Source: a bacterium (lineage in GTDB: Bacteria; Muiribacteriota; UBA6191). From it: DNA of 64,000 nt. Both the position numbers and the translations under genes were made by a program. This document shows positions 1-9,653 of the stretch, piece after piece (position 1 is the stretch's first letter; each line of letters opens with the position of its first letter). Where the stretch lies: positions 10,046 to 74,045 of the forward strand of contig JAYZAC010000095.1 in the NCBI GenBank assembly GCA_036339875.1, read 5' to 3'. A model generated the notes under the pieces. It saw only the letters and a list, made by a program, of their open reading frames with translations. It searched no databases and was not told the DNA's origin.

Positions 1-325
1 GCAAATAATGAGCAACTATTTGAGTCCCTATATTCAAATCACTAGGTTGCAAGCTTTTGTGTAAAAGAAGAGTTTCTAAATCTACTACCGGAGCCTTTTC
101 TATCTTGATAGATCGTTTTTGCAACTCGTCAGACAAATCATCGTCAGATGCTAGCGTTTCATCTCTAGTGTTTATCTTCAGGGCTTTCTTCGAAGATGTA
201 GTTCCTACCTCGGTTTCAAGCTTAAGTGCTTTAAGCGCAGCCAAGCGCTCACTTTCTTCCATAGAAGGAAAACTGTCCCCTCCATTTTCAACGATATTCT
301 GCTTTGACTCAGGATTTAGTGACAT
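1..325 (-). CDS. partial ORF (N-terminal part; continues beyond window start), acidic hypothetical protein
   Basis: Minus-strand reading frame opens at ATG (rev-comp of 323-325) and runs without stop to position 1 (MSLNPESKQNIVENGGDSFPSMEESERLAALKALKLETE...). GGAG lies about 14 nt upstream. It looks more protein-like than the Ser-rich plus-strand ORF 57..350, which it replaces. Confidence 0.3.
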   Translation of the reverse strand, partial: MSLNPESKQNIVENGGDSFPSMEESERLAALKALKLETEVGTTSSKKALKINTRDETLASDDDLSDELQKRSIKIEKAPVVDLETLLLHKSLQPSDLNIGTQIVAHYL

Positions 326-438
326 TCTAAATGAAAACTCCGCAATCTGAAAACTCTATAAACGACAAATTGACTATTAAATTTACTAAAATTGTTTGCC
401 TTCGTGAGTGTAATTGATTTCAGGTCATGGCACAAGCA

Positions 439-3297
439 TCATGAATTAGTTTTAAGATACATTTCGAGAACTCCAGGTAAAGAATCCAAAATTAGGTAAG
501 TCTGTAATGGATCATCAGCTCCTTTTACTATCATTGGCTCCATCTTCTCATAATTAACTAATTCTTTTACTCCCTCAAAAGTCGATTCGTTTATCAAAAT
601 CCCGTCATGAGGTGCATTAGACTCTATCCTCGAAGCAATATTAACAGGATCGCCAAAAACATCGCCTTCTTTCATAAACACCTTACCTGTATTTAATCCA
701 ATCCTTGTATGAAGCTGTTCATTTTCAACACGTTTTGCGTTGTATCCTTTCAATGTCTTTTGGATTTCTAGACTCGCAAGTACGCCGTCAATGGGCTGTT
801 CAAATGTATACATAAAACAGTCACCTATTTTTTTTACTAAAGTACCATTGAATTTTTCACCCACGGGCTGAATAATTTTTGAAAAATTATCTAAAAGAAG
901 CATTATCTCGGCTATATCTGTTTCTCGACTACGTTCCGTATACCCAGCGATATCAATAAAAAAGATTGTTAACTCCTGCATACTCTGTTCCATTTGATAT
1001 CTGACTTTGTTATCCATACGATTTGAACGCATCTGTTCGAAAATCGACTCTAATCGCGCAGTCTCCTCGTCGTTATCCAGTTCAATACTCTCATCGATTG
1101 ATGAAACTCGCTCACCCGTTAATTGGAATATCAATTCATCTGTTAAATCTTGATCTTTCACCGAACATTCTTCGTGAGTGAAAAATAATAAGAACTGTTG
1201 ATGAATCCGAAATGACTCAATTTGTAATACCTTAAATATACTTCTCCAATTATTCCATAGGCCTGCCATCGCCATATAGCGAATCGATTTCGTAACCTCT
1301 TTCTCTTTTAGTGAGTCTAAGGATTGTTGCAGAATAACACTACCCTGCTTCTCACCTAATTGATAAAGAACATAACCAACATCACAAATATATTCATGAT
1401 TTACGTCTTTTATACAACCGTATAAAATATCCGTCAGCATTTCTTTATTTTGAACCTCTAAATCAAGCTTAAAACCTTCATAAGCACTAAGAATCAATTC
1501 TACGGACTTAGTTGTTAAAACATAATCTGCATCTTTCAGACCTATATGAAATGCGTCTAAAGCAGCTACTGAACCTGAAGCCAATAACAGTTTGCGAACC
1601 CTATGAATCAAATTTTCTGGTAAATCACCATAACGAAGCTTTTGAATCTGAAATAAAATTCGCACCCACTCGGAATCCCTTATCTGCGGTATCTTCTCTA
1701 AAAGCAAGACGTAAATTTCAATAAACTCAGAAGGATAGGAGCTTTTGGTACTTAGTTTATCTTTAGCAAAATCTATATCTTCAGCTTGAATATCGGGTAG
1801 CTCCGCAAAAAGAACCAGTTGCTGTTTGGGCATCAATTTAGGTAATTGATCAAAGACGAACTGTAAGCCTTGAAAACTCCCTGTTTTTACAATACAGCAT
1901 AGAATCTCGCGAGCTAATTTTCCATCGTCATCCAGATTTACAACCAACTCATAAAGTGGAATCAATATTTTAGAGCATTTGTCTGTAAAAACTAGTGGCG
2001 TAATTGATACCAAAAAACTAAGACTATCTGATAGGTTATCCGCACTATCTTCAAACTTAATTTTTCCACATTCAATTGCGAGTGAAGATCGTATCCGGGC
2101 ATCTTCAGACATTATCAACTTAATCACAGGAGTTAAAAGTCTCCTCTGACGAAGATTAAGATTCGGCTGCAGTTTCTTCAAAATAGAAAGTAAAATATTA
2201 CGACGTTGCTCCTGTGGAGGATTTGTCTTTAAATATTGAATTACGACGTTTAACAAATTTGAGTTACCAACACTCTCAAAAAACTCCACAAAATCTTTTC
2301 TAGGAATATCCCCTATGTTCTTCGCACGATTTCTAAGCTTATCCTCTAAGGTTTTTCGGATATTTATAATAAGCCTCTCTATCGTTGAAGAAAGCCCCTT
2401 GCGAGCCTCTGAAGATTGACATAGATTAATCACTAGATCATTAATCAAAGAACGTCTTTGAGTCTTAAGTTCCGGATCATTATTTGTAGATAGAAGAAGC
2501 GCATTGACAACTTTAACCAACAACCCCTCATGCCCTTTTTTTATACCCTCGACGACGTTCAATGCAAATCTGTGCTCCAGGTTGTCTGACGAGCGACTTA
2601 AAGTGGTTAATTTTTCGCATATTTTGGCATAGGATGGCTGCGACTTAACACCCGGGCAATAAATTTCAAACATTGCCTGATACAGTGCAACTGATAATTC
2701 ACCAAGAGGCTCCGAAACATGCCGAGCATGATTATACAAATCTACAAACTTGCCCTCATCTTTGAAACCCTCAAAACACCTAAGTACTTGGCAAGCAAAT
2801 ATTTCATCATCCTCAATCTTAGAGAAATCTAGCCATAGATTAAGTAAGTGCTCAAAGTCCTGCGCTAGCGCAAGAGCTTCAATTGCTTGTGAGCGAACAT
2901 CGAGTCGAGACTCTTCATATCCAGATTTTCCTCGAATAAATTGAAGTAGATTAGGGTCTAATCTAGCCACTGTCCCTGCGGCCAGTAAAACCTTCATACG
3001 CAACAAGTCCGACTTTTCTATTCTATAACAATTCTCCAGCATACTGGAATATTCGGGATCTGGGTTAATCTTTATATATTCCAAAATTTTAGACTTCACA
3101 TCATCTGAAGCATTTTTATAAATAGATTGTAATTCAACATGAATATCGCCGTCTTGGGTAGCACCAAGAACTTTGAGAGCGGAGATCACTACACTTTTAT
3201 CAGTGTGAAATAAATCTTTTTTAATCGTATCAGACAAATTAATCGCACGCTTTTCAACCAGCTTATGTATGGTAAGGATTGCGCGCGTTTTATTCAT
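439..3297 (-). CDS. adenylate/guanylate cyclase (class III catalytic domain) with long N-terminal HEAT/ARM-like repeat region
   Basis: C-terminal roughly 180 aa (about nt 440-1000) carry class III cyclase motifs: FFIDIAGYTERS (metal-binding Asp), GDCFMYTF, RIGLNTGKVFMKEGDVFGDPVNIASRIES. The N-terminal roughly 750 aa are Leu-rich alpha-helical repeats. Confidence 0.7.
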   Translation of the reverse strand: MNKTRAILTIHKLVEKRAINLSDTIKKDLFHTDKSVVISALKVLGATQDGDIHVELQSIYKNASDDVKSKILEYIKINPDPEYSSMLENCYRIEKSDLLRMKVLLAAGTVARLDPNLLQFIRGKSGYEESRLDVRSQAIEALALAQDFEHLLNLWLDFSKIEDDEIFACQVLRCFEGFKDEGKFVDLYNHARHVSEPLGELSVALYQAMFEIYCPGVKSQPSYAKICEKLTTLSRSSDNLEHRFALNVVEGIKKGHEGLLVKVVNALLLSTNNDPELKTQRRSLINDLVINLCQSSEARKGLSSTIERLIINIRKTLEDKLRNRAKNIGDIPRKDFVEFFESVGNSNLLNVVIQYLKTNPPQEQRRNILLSILKKLQPNLNLRQRRLLTPVIKLIMSEDARIRSSLAIECGKIKFEDSADNLSDSLSFLVSITPLVFTDKCSKILIPLYELVVNLDDDGKLAREILCCIVKTGSFQGLQFVFDQLPKLMPKQQLVLFAELPDIQAEDIDFAKDKLSTKSSYPSEFIEIYVLLLEKIPQIRDSEWVRILFQIQKLRYGDLPENLIHRVRKLLLASGSVAALDAFHIGLKDADYVLTTKSVELILSAYEGFKLDLEVQNKEMLTDILYGCIKDVNHEYICDVGYVLYQLGEKQGSVILQQSLDSLKEKEVTKSIRYMAMAGLWNNWRSIFKVLQIESFRIHQQFLLFFTHEECSVKDQDLTDELIFQLTGERVSSIDESIELDNDEETARLESIFEQMRSNRMDNKVRYQMEQSMQELTIFFIDIAGYTERSRETDIAEIMLLLDNFSKIIQPVGEKFNGTLVKKIGDCFMYTFEQPIDGVLASLEIQKTLKGYNAKRVENEQLHTRIGLNTGKVFMKEGDVFGDPVNIASRIESNAPHDGILINESTFEGVKELVNYEKMEPMIVKGADDPLQTYLILDSLPGVLEMYLKTNS

Positions 3298-3365
3298 TTA
3301 TATACTCTAAGACTTCTCTTTGGAAATACTTCCGTAGCTGAACGGCATACAGTATAATCCAATCC

Positions 3366-4082
3366 ATGGATGAATTGTTTTTATTATATGCCGCATGCCT
3401 ATTTCTGGGCTCGGGACTATTTATGTACTACTATCCAATCTATACCATTGCAATGCTCGTCGCAACATTAGGATTGAGCTGGCGATGGTGGTCTTCATAT
3501 CAATCAAGACTAGCATTTCAAGAAGAGAAAAAGCGACGGTTAGAATTAATTGGGAAGCATCCAGAGATTGCTTCCGTTTATATCCCAGACTTTGAAAAAG
3601 ATATTGATCAGAAAATAAAAAAACTAAAGACAGACTTAGAAGAAAAAGGTCAGAGTCAAGTCTTAATGATGCTGGAATCGATTGAGACAATGTTGCAAGA
3701 ACGAGTTATCCCAAAAAAAACTAGTCTGAAAGAAACGCTAGACAAATATGTAACAACCAATCATCTAGTGCTCATAGAGGAGCTAAAACACCAAAGAGAA
3801 AAACTCAATAATAACAATGATGATGAAATGGAAACTATCATTAAGCAAACCATAAGAAATCTCGAAGAGAAGCAACAAATAATGGAAGATTCTAAGAAAG
3901 AACTTATCTTTTTCTATAGCCAGCTAAAAAATATTTTACAGCAGTTGGAAAACATGAGCTTAAAGTCATCTTTGCTAGAAGAAGATAACCAACTTTTCCT
4001 TGAACTGAAGCAAAACGTTAATGAAGCCTTCGAAGGTTTTTCTGACGCTAATTCTCTGTTAGACGATATGTCAAAGCTCTAA
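3366..4082 (+). CDS. hypothetical membrane-anchored coiled-coil protein
   Basis: Two N-terminal hydrophobic helices, then a charged helical region rich in E, K and Q. Divergent from the cyclase gene. The stop overlaps the convergent gene at 4079. Confidence 0.45.
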   Translation: MDELFLLYAACLFLGSGLFMYYYPIYTIAMLVATLGLSWRWWSSYQSRLAFQEEKKRRLELIGKHPEIASVYIPDFEKDIDQKIKKLKTDLEEKGQSQVLMMLESIETMLQERVIPKKTSLKETLDKYVTTNHLVLIEELKHQREKLNNNNDDEMETIIKQTIRNLEEKQQIMEDSKKELIFFYSQLKNILQQLENMSLKSSLLEEDNQLFLELKQNVNEAFEGFSDANSLLDDMSKL

Positions 4083-7000
4083 AACGCTTTACTTATTTTA
4101 TAGACAACCATAAGAAACATAGCGATTACTAAACCAATAACACCAAAAAGCCAATGCTGAAAAAGTTTTACCAAAAACCACAGTGGCATAAGAAATATAA
4201 TTCCAAGCCATCGCAAAAAAGTACTCGATTCTATACATTCAGCAAGAGAAGGAGCATAACGGTAATAACTCTGTACAATTTTTTGTCCCGATTTTGAAGT
4301 CATCAAAATACTGTCGCGGAACCAAACAAAATCCTGCACAAAAGGATGCTCTAAAGAACCAAAACTAGCGGTTGCTATAAAACAACCACCGCCCCCACCG
4401 CCACCCTGGGTAGTGAATGTCGGTTGCACAGTCGTCGATACCGACGCTTGTTTTTGCAATCTCACGATAAGCTGCTCATCATCATCACCTTTATTAACGA
4501 TTAATAGACTCTGACTTGATTTGGGCGGAATAATAATTGATTTATCGATTTGTTCAATTGCCTTCTGAACGGCCATACGAATAGATTCACGGTACATGAC
4601 TGTATATTTATTTGGATCAAGTGCTGCCAACTTCAGAATAGATGAATTGCCCTGACTACCAATGGTAAAGCGCTCAGATACTCTACCTTCGTTTAATAAA
4701 TGAAATGAAAGAACAATAGATACATCGAATGGATTAGTAATTGTGAGAATTTTATCTAATCTACCAGATACCGTTATAACTTCATTAACCTCTGTCTCAG
4801 TTAATAAGCTAGTTTGAGTTGCAATAGTCTGAGTTTCAGGGTCAAGATTGACAATTTGATCAGGAGGTTGATTCACAGCAGGTGGCTCATTAATTTGCTC
4901 TTGAGATTCTACACAATCGGTTGTAACCGAAATAGCATCGCAGGGACTGAGATGAATCTGATCCACCCATAAATTCAGTGTGAATGGTCTACCACCACCC
5001 ACATCATCTATGCTCTCTTTAAGTATTCCTGTACGATTTTCAAAAACTACAGCCAATGTTGTAGTACGAGTGTAGTCTATCGTCTTGAAAGAAAAAGTAT
5101 ATTCTCTAAAAGCTAGTGGATCATTTGCAGCCAACGCCTTCTTTTCCCATATAGTTTGATATTCTCCAAAACCTTTTACCCCGGAGGTATCAAAAATAGC
5201 TTTCGTAGAATGCGTAGCATAAGGATCGAAATGAGGGCTAAAAAGTTCTTGATGAAAATTATAAGTGCTTCTTACCTTATCGTGAGCATTTCCTACTTTA
5301 GATTTCGAAAAAGCAGCTTGGGAATCATTAAATTTCACGTTAGTCGTCTGCAAACCCTGAAACATGATTACATCAGTAGCAATCCTCTCATTCGCAGAGC
5401 TTCTAGATACCTTAAATGTAGTAGTTCCGAGACGAGGTACAGAATCATCGGGCGACAGTTTACGACTTTTGATAGTGATTGGAGTTTGATCAATTACACC
5501 ATCTAATAAATCACCGGTATCATCGAATCTAAAATTCAAGTCTGATATCGCCGCTCTTTTATTTTCAAGCTTTACATATCCCAATGAATAAGTCGTTAAA
5601 TTCAAACTTATCTGTGAAAGAATATTTTGCTCTTCCACCTGTTCATTATTTTCATTTAAATCCTCTTCTTCATTGGCATTCTCGTCTTGATCTTCCACGT
5701 CGTCGCCATCGTCATTATCTTCTTCAGCTCCACCTCCAGCTCCATCGTCGACATTTCCGCCCTCAGCGTCTTCACCACCAGCTAAGACGTCTTTAACTAC
5801 GCGCACAAAGTTCATTCCTTCACGCGTCCCAGTAGTTAGATTAGGATCTAATCCGGCATAAATTACATCTAAATTACTAAAGTTAAAATTGCGAATCTGA
5901 AAGCTACTACGAGGACTGTTAGATGCACTAGCTTCATCCATAAATAAAGCTGCACCCATATCAAAATAGTAATCTTCAAACGTTCTATTATCAACTGCGA
6001 TTTCGTTCTTTAAAATCTGATTAATTGCACACACTTTATCTACGGGAACCGCATCAGGAGAAGTATCGCATGACAAATCGGAATCGATTAGTTTCGGGTC
6101 AAGGATATCGTTTACATGAAAACTACGCACATCGCTTACTAATAATTGCTGTATGAAATCATCGCCTTTTCCCGGCTGAGCAAACTCTAGCTGTTCCCAT
6201 GCATAGAGCAAGGTTAGAAATCCCAATCCTGCAGCAACGTCTTCCAAGCTTATATGTTTTTCTAGCGTACTTAAAAAGGCATTCTGTTGCGCATCCTCTC
6301 GCTCCGTACCAATTTCAAAACGGAGACCAGCGGGACCCAAGTCTCGGTAAAATAAACTCGGCAAATCAGGTAGAAAAAAGTTAGATTTAGTCAAAAAGCT
6401 ATTGTGATGGAAGAGTAACCTAATTACAGGAAAGACCGTATTTTGAACGCTGAGATCGAAGACGTTTGATACGGCTGAATCGCAAACTCCTTGGTTGAAA
6501 TCCGTAACTGCCCCACAAGTATTGAATACAGGTCTATTGGTACCAGAAATGAAGATACCTTGACCTACACCTACCCTCTGAAAAGAGAGTTCGGCAGATC
6601 CCCCTACGCGAGTAGACCTGTATGCAGTAAAATAACCTAGTGCATCTTTCAACCAACCGTATTCATTATAAATAATTCCTGAACTCAATTCATCGCTTTC
6701 TGAATAAGAATTATGAGCTTGAAAATTCATTAATTCGTGTAGATATCTAGCAAAGTTTTGATAAAAGAAAACTTCGTTTCCATAGAGCTTTTTAGTCTTT
6801 ATTTCAGAGGTATCATCACTTAATGGAGGAGCTTGAAGCATCCTAGGGTCCCAAAATCCTAGATCTAAATAAATGATATTTCCGTAGTTACTAAGAGTAT
6901 TAATACTCGAAAGGCCATTTGTACGAAGCTGATCTACGAAATTAAAATAACCTGAACGAGCATTGATGATTGAATCCGCGCCATCATTGATATCATATAA

Positions 7001-7255
7001 TAAAACGTTCAATACAATTCGATCTTCTTGATTTGAAAATGGCACCTCTGGAAACACAAGATCGGATTGATTCGCACGGGTTACGGACCCGACTGACTCC
7101 ATGGCAACACGCACCATTTCAACCATTGTCCCAGCAATTTGAGTTAACTTAGTCGATCTAAAAGGTGTAGCTTGATCATCATTTTGAAAAACAACCGATG
7201 CAGAGGTTATTGATAACATGCAAAGTAAGATTAATAAATGCTTAATTATTAACAT
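4079..7255 (-). CDS. secreted M30 (hyicolysin)-like gluzincin paralog 1, catalytic motif degenerate (RYLHELMN), with shared C-terminal poly-Gly/CFIATA/TM module
   Basis: Likely start is the ATG at 7253-7255 (MLIIKHLLILLCMLSITSASV signal peptide, GGAAGGG RBS); the track start is a TTG at 7270. Homologous along its length to the next two genes. Has a D/E-rich low-complexity insert and a C-terminal module GGGGGGGCFIATASFG...YYRYAPSLAECI plus hydrophobic anchor. Confidence 0.7.
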   Translation of the reverse strand: MLIIKHLLILLCMLSITSASVVFQNDDQATPFRSTKLTQIAGTMVEMVRVAMESVGSVTRANQSDLVFPEVPFSNQEDRIVLNVLLYDINDGADSIINARSGYFNFVDQLRTNGLSSINTLSNYGNIIYLDLGFWDPRMLQAPPLSDDTSEIKTKKLYGNEVFFYQNFARYLHELMNFQAHNSYSESDELSSGIIYNEYGWLKDALGYFTAYRSTRVGGSAELSFQRVGVGQGIFISGTNRPVFNTCGAVTDFNQGVCDSAVSNVFDLSVQNTVFPVIRLLFHHNSFLTKSNFFLPDLPSLFYRDLGPAGLRFEIGTEREDAQQNAFLSTLEKHISLEDVAAGLGFLTLLYAWEQLEFAQPGKGDDFIQQLLVSDVRSFHVNDILDPKLIDSDLSCDTSPDAVPVDKVCAINQILKNEIAVDNRTFEDYYFDMGAALFMDEASASNSPRSSFQIRNFNFSNLDVIYAGLDPNLTTGTREGMNFVRVVKDVLAGGEDAEGGNVDDGAGGGAEEDNDDGDDVEDQDENANEEEDLNENNEQVEEQNILSQISLNLTTYSLGYVKLENKRAAISDLNFRFDDTGDLLDGVIDQTPITIKSRKLSPDDSVPRLGTTTFKVSRSSANERIATDVIMFQGLQTTNVKFNDSQAAFSKSKVGNAHDKVRSTYNFHQELFSPHFDPYATHSTKAIFDTSGVKGFGEYQTIWEKKALAANDPLAFREYTFSFKTIDYTRTTTLAVVFENRTGILKESIDDVGGGRPFTLNLWVDQIHLSPCDAISVTTDCVESQEQINEPPAVNQPPDQIVNLDPETQTIATQTSLLTETEVNEVITVSGRLDKILTITNPFDVSIVLSFHLLNEGRVSERFTIGSQGNSSILKLAALDPNKYTVMYRESIRMAVQKAIEQIDKSIIIPPKSSQSLLIVNKGDDDEQLIVRLQKQASVSTTVQPTFTTQGGGGGGGCFIATASFGSLEHPFVQDFVWFRDSILMTSKSGQKIVQSYYRYAPSLAECIESSTFLRWLGIIFLMPLWFLVKLFQHWLFGVIGLVIAMFLMVVYKISKAF

Positions 7256-9483
7256 TCGCGACCCTTCCAAAATCCAAGGTAGGCTAATGTAAAAATCAAC
7301 ATGAAAATCAATGGATTAATCATGATTGTAGCAAATGCTACTAGCGGAATAAGAATTATTTGGCCAAGTACTTGTAGACTCACCGACGAAGAAATAGTTT
7401 TAGACATAATTGGAGAATTTGCGTAGTACCAAGCAACAAATTTCTGACCTAAGGAGCTAGTTAATAAGTATCTATCTCTGAATATACATAATATTCTCAC
7501 AAATGGATGATTGTAATCACCGTAGGCCGCAGTCGCAATAAAACAACCACCCGCACCACCACCTGCTAGTTTTTCATATTCCTCTTGAGATAAGATAGTG
7601 GAATTGCTACCAATAGTTGTCTGAGGGTCTTCAATTGGAAATATGTTTGAATCCACAACATCATATGTCAATGCAATATTTACCGGAATAGTATTTTCAT
7701 TCATAAATATTATCTGAGAACTAGTATATGCACTTAGTAACAAAAATCGCTCTCCAGTTACAGGAACTAAAGAATTCACTGATAATTTAATCTCTTTATG
7801 CAAATCCATACCCACTGCGGTAGTTACAACATTACGAGGCAAAGAAAGCCTTAAAGTTGAAGAGGAATTATTCGAAAATGGTAAAGAAAATACGCCACTC
7901 CCAGAAAAACTTAGATTAATAGTTCCACTAACCCCCGATGAAATAATTGTACTAACTTGCTCAGGACTTAAAACAATCGAATTAGTATTCACACCAAATT
8001 CTCCAGTTGAATTTGGCTCTAATATTTGAGGCTCTGGATTGCTTAGATTACTGCGAACCATTTGAGTAAGAAAATCTTTGGTTTGATTATCTAGGTTTAT
8101 CATCAAGACTTGTTTCTCAACTCCCGGTAAAAGTAGCTCTTTCAAATTCGTACTACTCATCTGCTTTTCTACATAAGTGTTCCCGTTTACGTCCTGTCTA
8201 ATAAGATAGATTTTACTATTTCCTAATCCGGCAGGAATTATTATCTGGATCTCGTGTTGGTCATTAATAGTGGCATTTTCTAAACGCTTTATATCAACTC
8301 CAAAAGAAGGAATGCGAGATATAAGTGAACTTGGTAGTGTATTCGCAAAATCATAGTTAATAAAACTAAATTTAGACAGATCGATAGCCGGAAATAAATA
8401 CTGATTTTCTGTAGTTCTAATAATCAGAGAAAGAATGAAATTTGTATACAAATCCTCAAAAGAACCCAGATTATATTGATTCAGAACTATCTGCAAACCA
8501 TCCAGACCATCTTTAGGCTGATTCATTAAGTCTCGAAAGAATCGATCTCCATCTGTAACTCTTGTTTGAAAGTTACCCCCCGCTTTGTGAAAAAGATTGG
8601 TAAAAAAGAGATAGTGAAATCCTCGAAAAGCTGGTCCATCAATATTGTCTCTCGGATCTCTAGGATTTGAAAAAACATTTACTCTATTAATATTTTGCTC
8701 ATTTAAAACATATTCTGGACGCATCGCTGATATGTTTTGGAAGTAATCGTCTAGTTCTAAAATACCTTGATTAGGACCATCAATAATTCTTGATAAAGAA
8801 TTAGGGAATACCTCCTGATTCAAAAATCGATATACCATCATTTGAGCGATACCTTCTCGAATCCATTCCTCCTCAGTCGGATCTCGCTGAAATTGAGCTA
8901 ATCTTGATAGGGCCCTCACTAATTCTATGTAAGTACTGCGCTTAGAAACGCCTGTATACAACGCCGAACCTAGAGTTCCAGGATTAACATCCAAGTAAAT
9001 CAAATTCATTCCATTTAAACTGGAGGTTAAACTCTGATCATTAGGATCAAAGGAAGCTCCTATGTAAGATCCTGATTCTTGAAAGTCATCCTGAAGATCT
9101 AAAAATAAAATATTCAAGCCGGGAGACGCGCTATTATTGACTTCACCTAAATTAAAAAAACTACCCTCGAGCTTGGGCATCAAAACTCGAGTCATCCAGT
9201 CTGCAAACTCATCAACTACAAACTGGCGATCAGAAGGAGACGAAAGATTTAGGCCGTTCAGCTGCTGAGAATTCCATACAGAATCCTCCACCCAAAAAGT
9301 AATGTCTAAACCAGGCCTTACGGAAGTAGAGGCTCTAACTGTTGCTGTAACTGTATTTACCGTTGCAAGAGGCTGCGTTACCACATCAAAATCGCGCACA
9401 GAACCAACCGGTAGTGCTACAACCGGCTGTAAAACTGTGATCATCAAAATGATCAATAATAGAAAACGAAGACAAATTTCCAC
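7249..9483 (-). CDS. secreted M30-like gluzincin paralog 2, HExxH replaced by RALSR (predicted non-catalytic), with shared C-terminal module
   Basis: GTG start with signal peptide MEICLRFLLLIILMITVLQPVVA. Aligns with paralog 3 across the protease core (LNILFLDLQDDFQESGSYIGASFDPND). No HExxH anywhere in the protein. C-terminal AGGGAGGCFIATAAYG...YYANSPIMSKTI plus hydrophobic anchor and WKGREC tail. Confidence 0.7.
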   Translation of the reverse strand: MEICLRFLLLIILMITVLQPVVALPVGSVRDFDVVTQPLATVNTVTATVRASTSVRPGLDITFWVEDSVWNSQQLNGLNLSSPSDRQFVVDEFADWMTRVLMPKLEGSFFNLGEVNNSASPGLNILFLDLQDDFQESGSYIGASFDPNDQSLTSSLNGMNLIYLDVNPGTLGSALYTGVSKRSTYIELVRALSRLAQFQRDPTEEEWIREGIAQMMVYRFLNQEVFPNSLSRIIDGPNQGILELDDYFQNISAMRPEYVLNEQNINRVNVFSNPRDPRDNIDGPAFRGFHYLFFTNLFHKAGGNFQTRVTDGDRFFRDLMNQPKDGLDGLQIVLNQYNLGSFEDLYTNFILSLIIRTTENQYLFPAIDLSKFSFINYDFANTLPSSLISRIPSFGVDIKRLENATINDQHEIQIIIPAGLGNSKIYLIRQDVNGNTYVEKQMSSTNLKELLLPGVEKQVLMINLDNQTKDFLTQMVRSNLSNPEPQILEPNSTGEFGVNTNSIVLSPEQVSTIISSGVSGTINLSFSGSGVFSLPFSNNSSSTLRLSLPRNVVTTAVGMDLHKEIKLSVNSLVPVTGERFLLLSAYTSSQIIFMNENTIPVNIALTYDVVDSNIFPIEDPQTTIGSNSTILSQEEYEKLAGGGAGGCFIATAAYGDYNHPFVRILCIFRDRYLLTSSLGQKFVAWYYANSPIMSKTISSSVSLQVLGQIILIPLVAFATIMINPLIFMLIFTLAYLGFWKGREC

Positions 9484-9653
9484 TTCTCTTTCCCATCGAA
9501 CAAATAGCGTACAAATCTAACCTTTTTTGTGCTCGCAAAGTTTTTGAATTGAATAAATTGGGCTTATATGGAGATTAGTAAACCCTAATCAAGAAAAGTT
9601 TGATTAATAAGCCAGTTAGGATTCTCTGGTAGATGTCTAACTATATTTTCTTG

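Noticed and set aside
57-350. Plus-strand 97-aa ORF at the window start (Ser-rich, low complexity)
   Set aside because: The opposite strand carries a more protein-like open frame running off the window start (1..325), with an ATG and an upstream GGAG, and the neighbouring genes are all on the minus strand. The plus ORF is probably a shadow frame.
5584-5796. 70-aa Arg/His/Leu-rich plus-strand ORF
   Set aside because: It is antisense to the Asp/Glu-rich codon run of paralog 1. Its composition is simply the complement of GAN codons, so it is not an independent gene.
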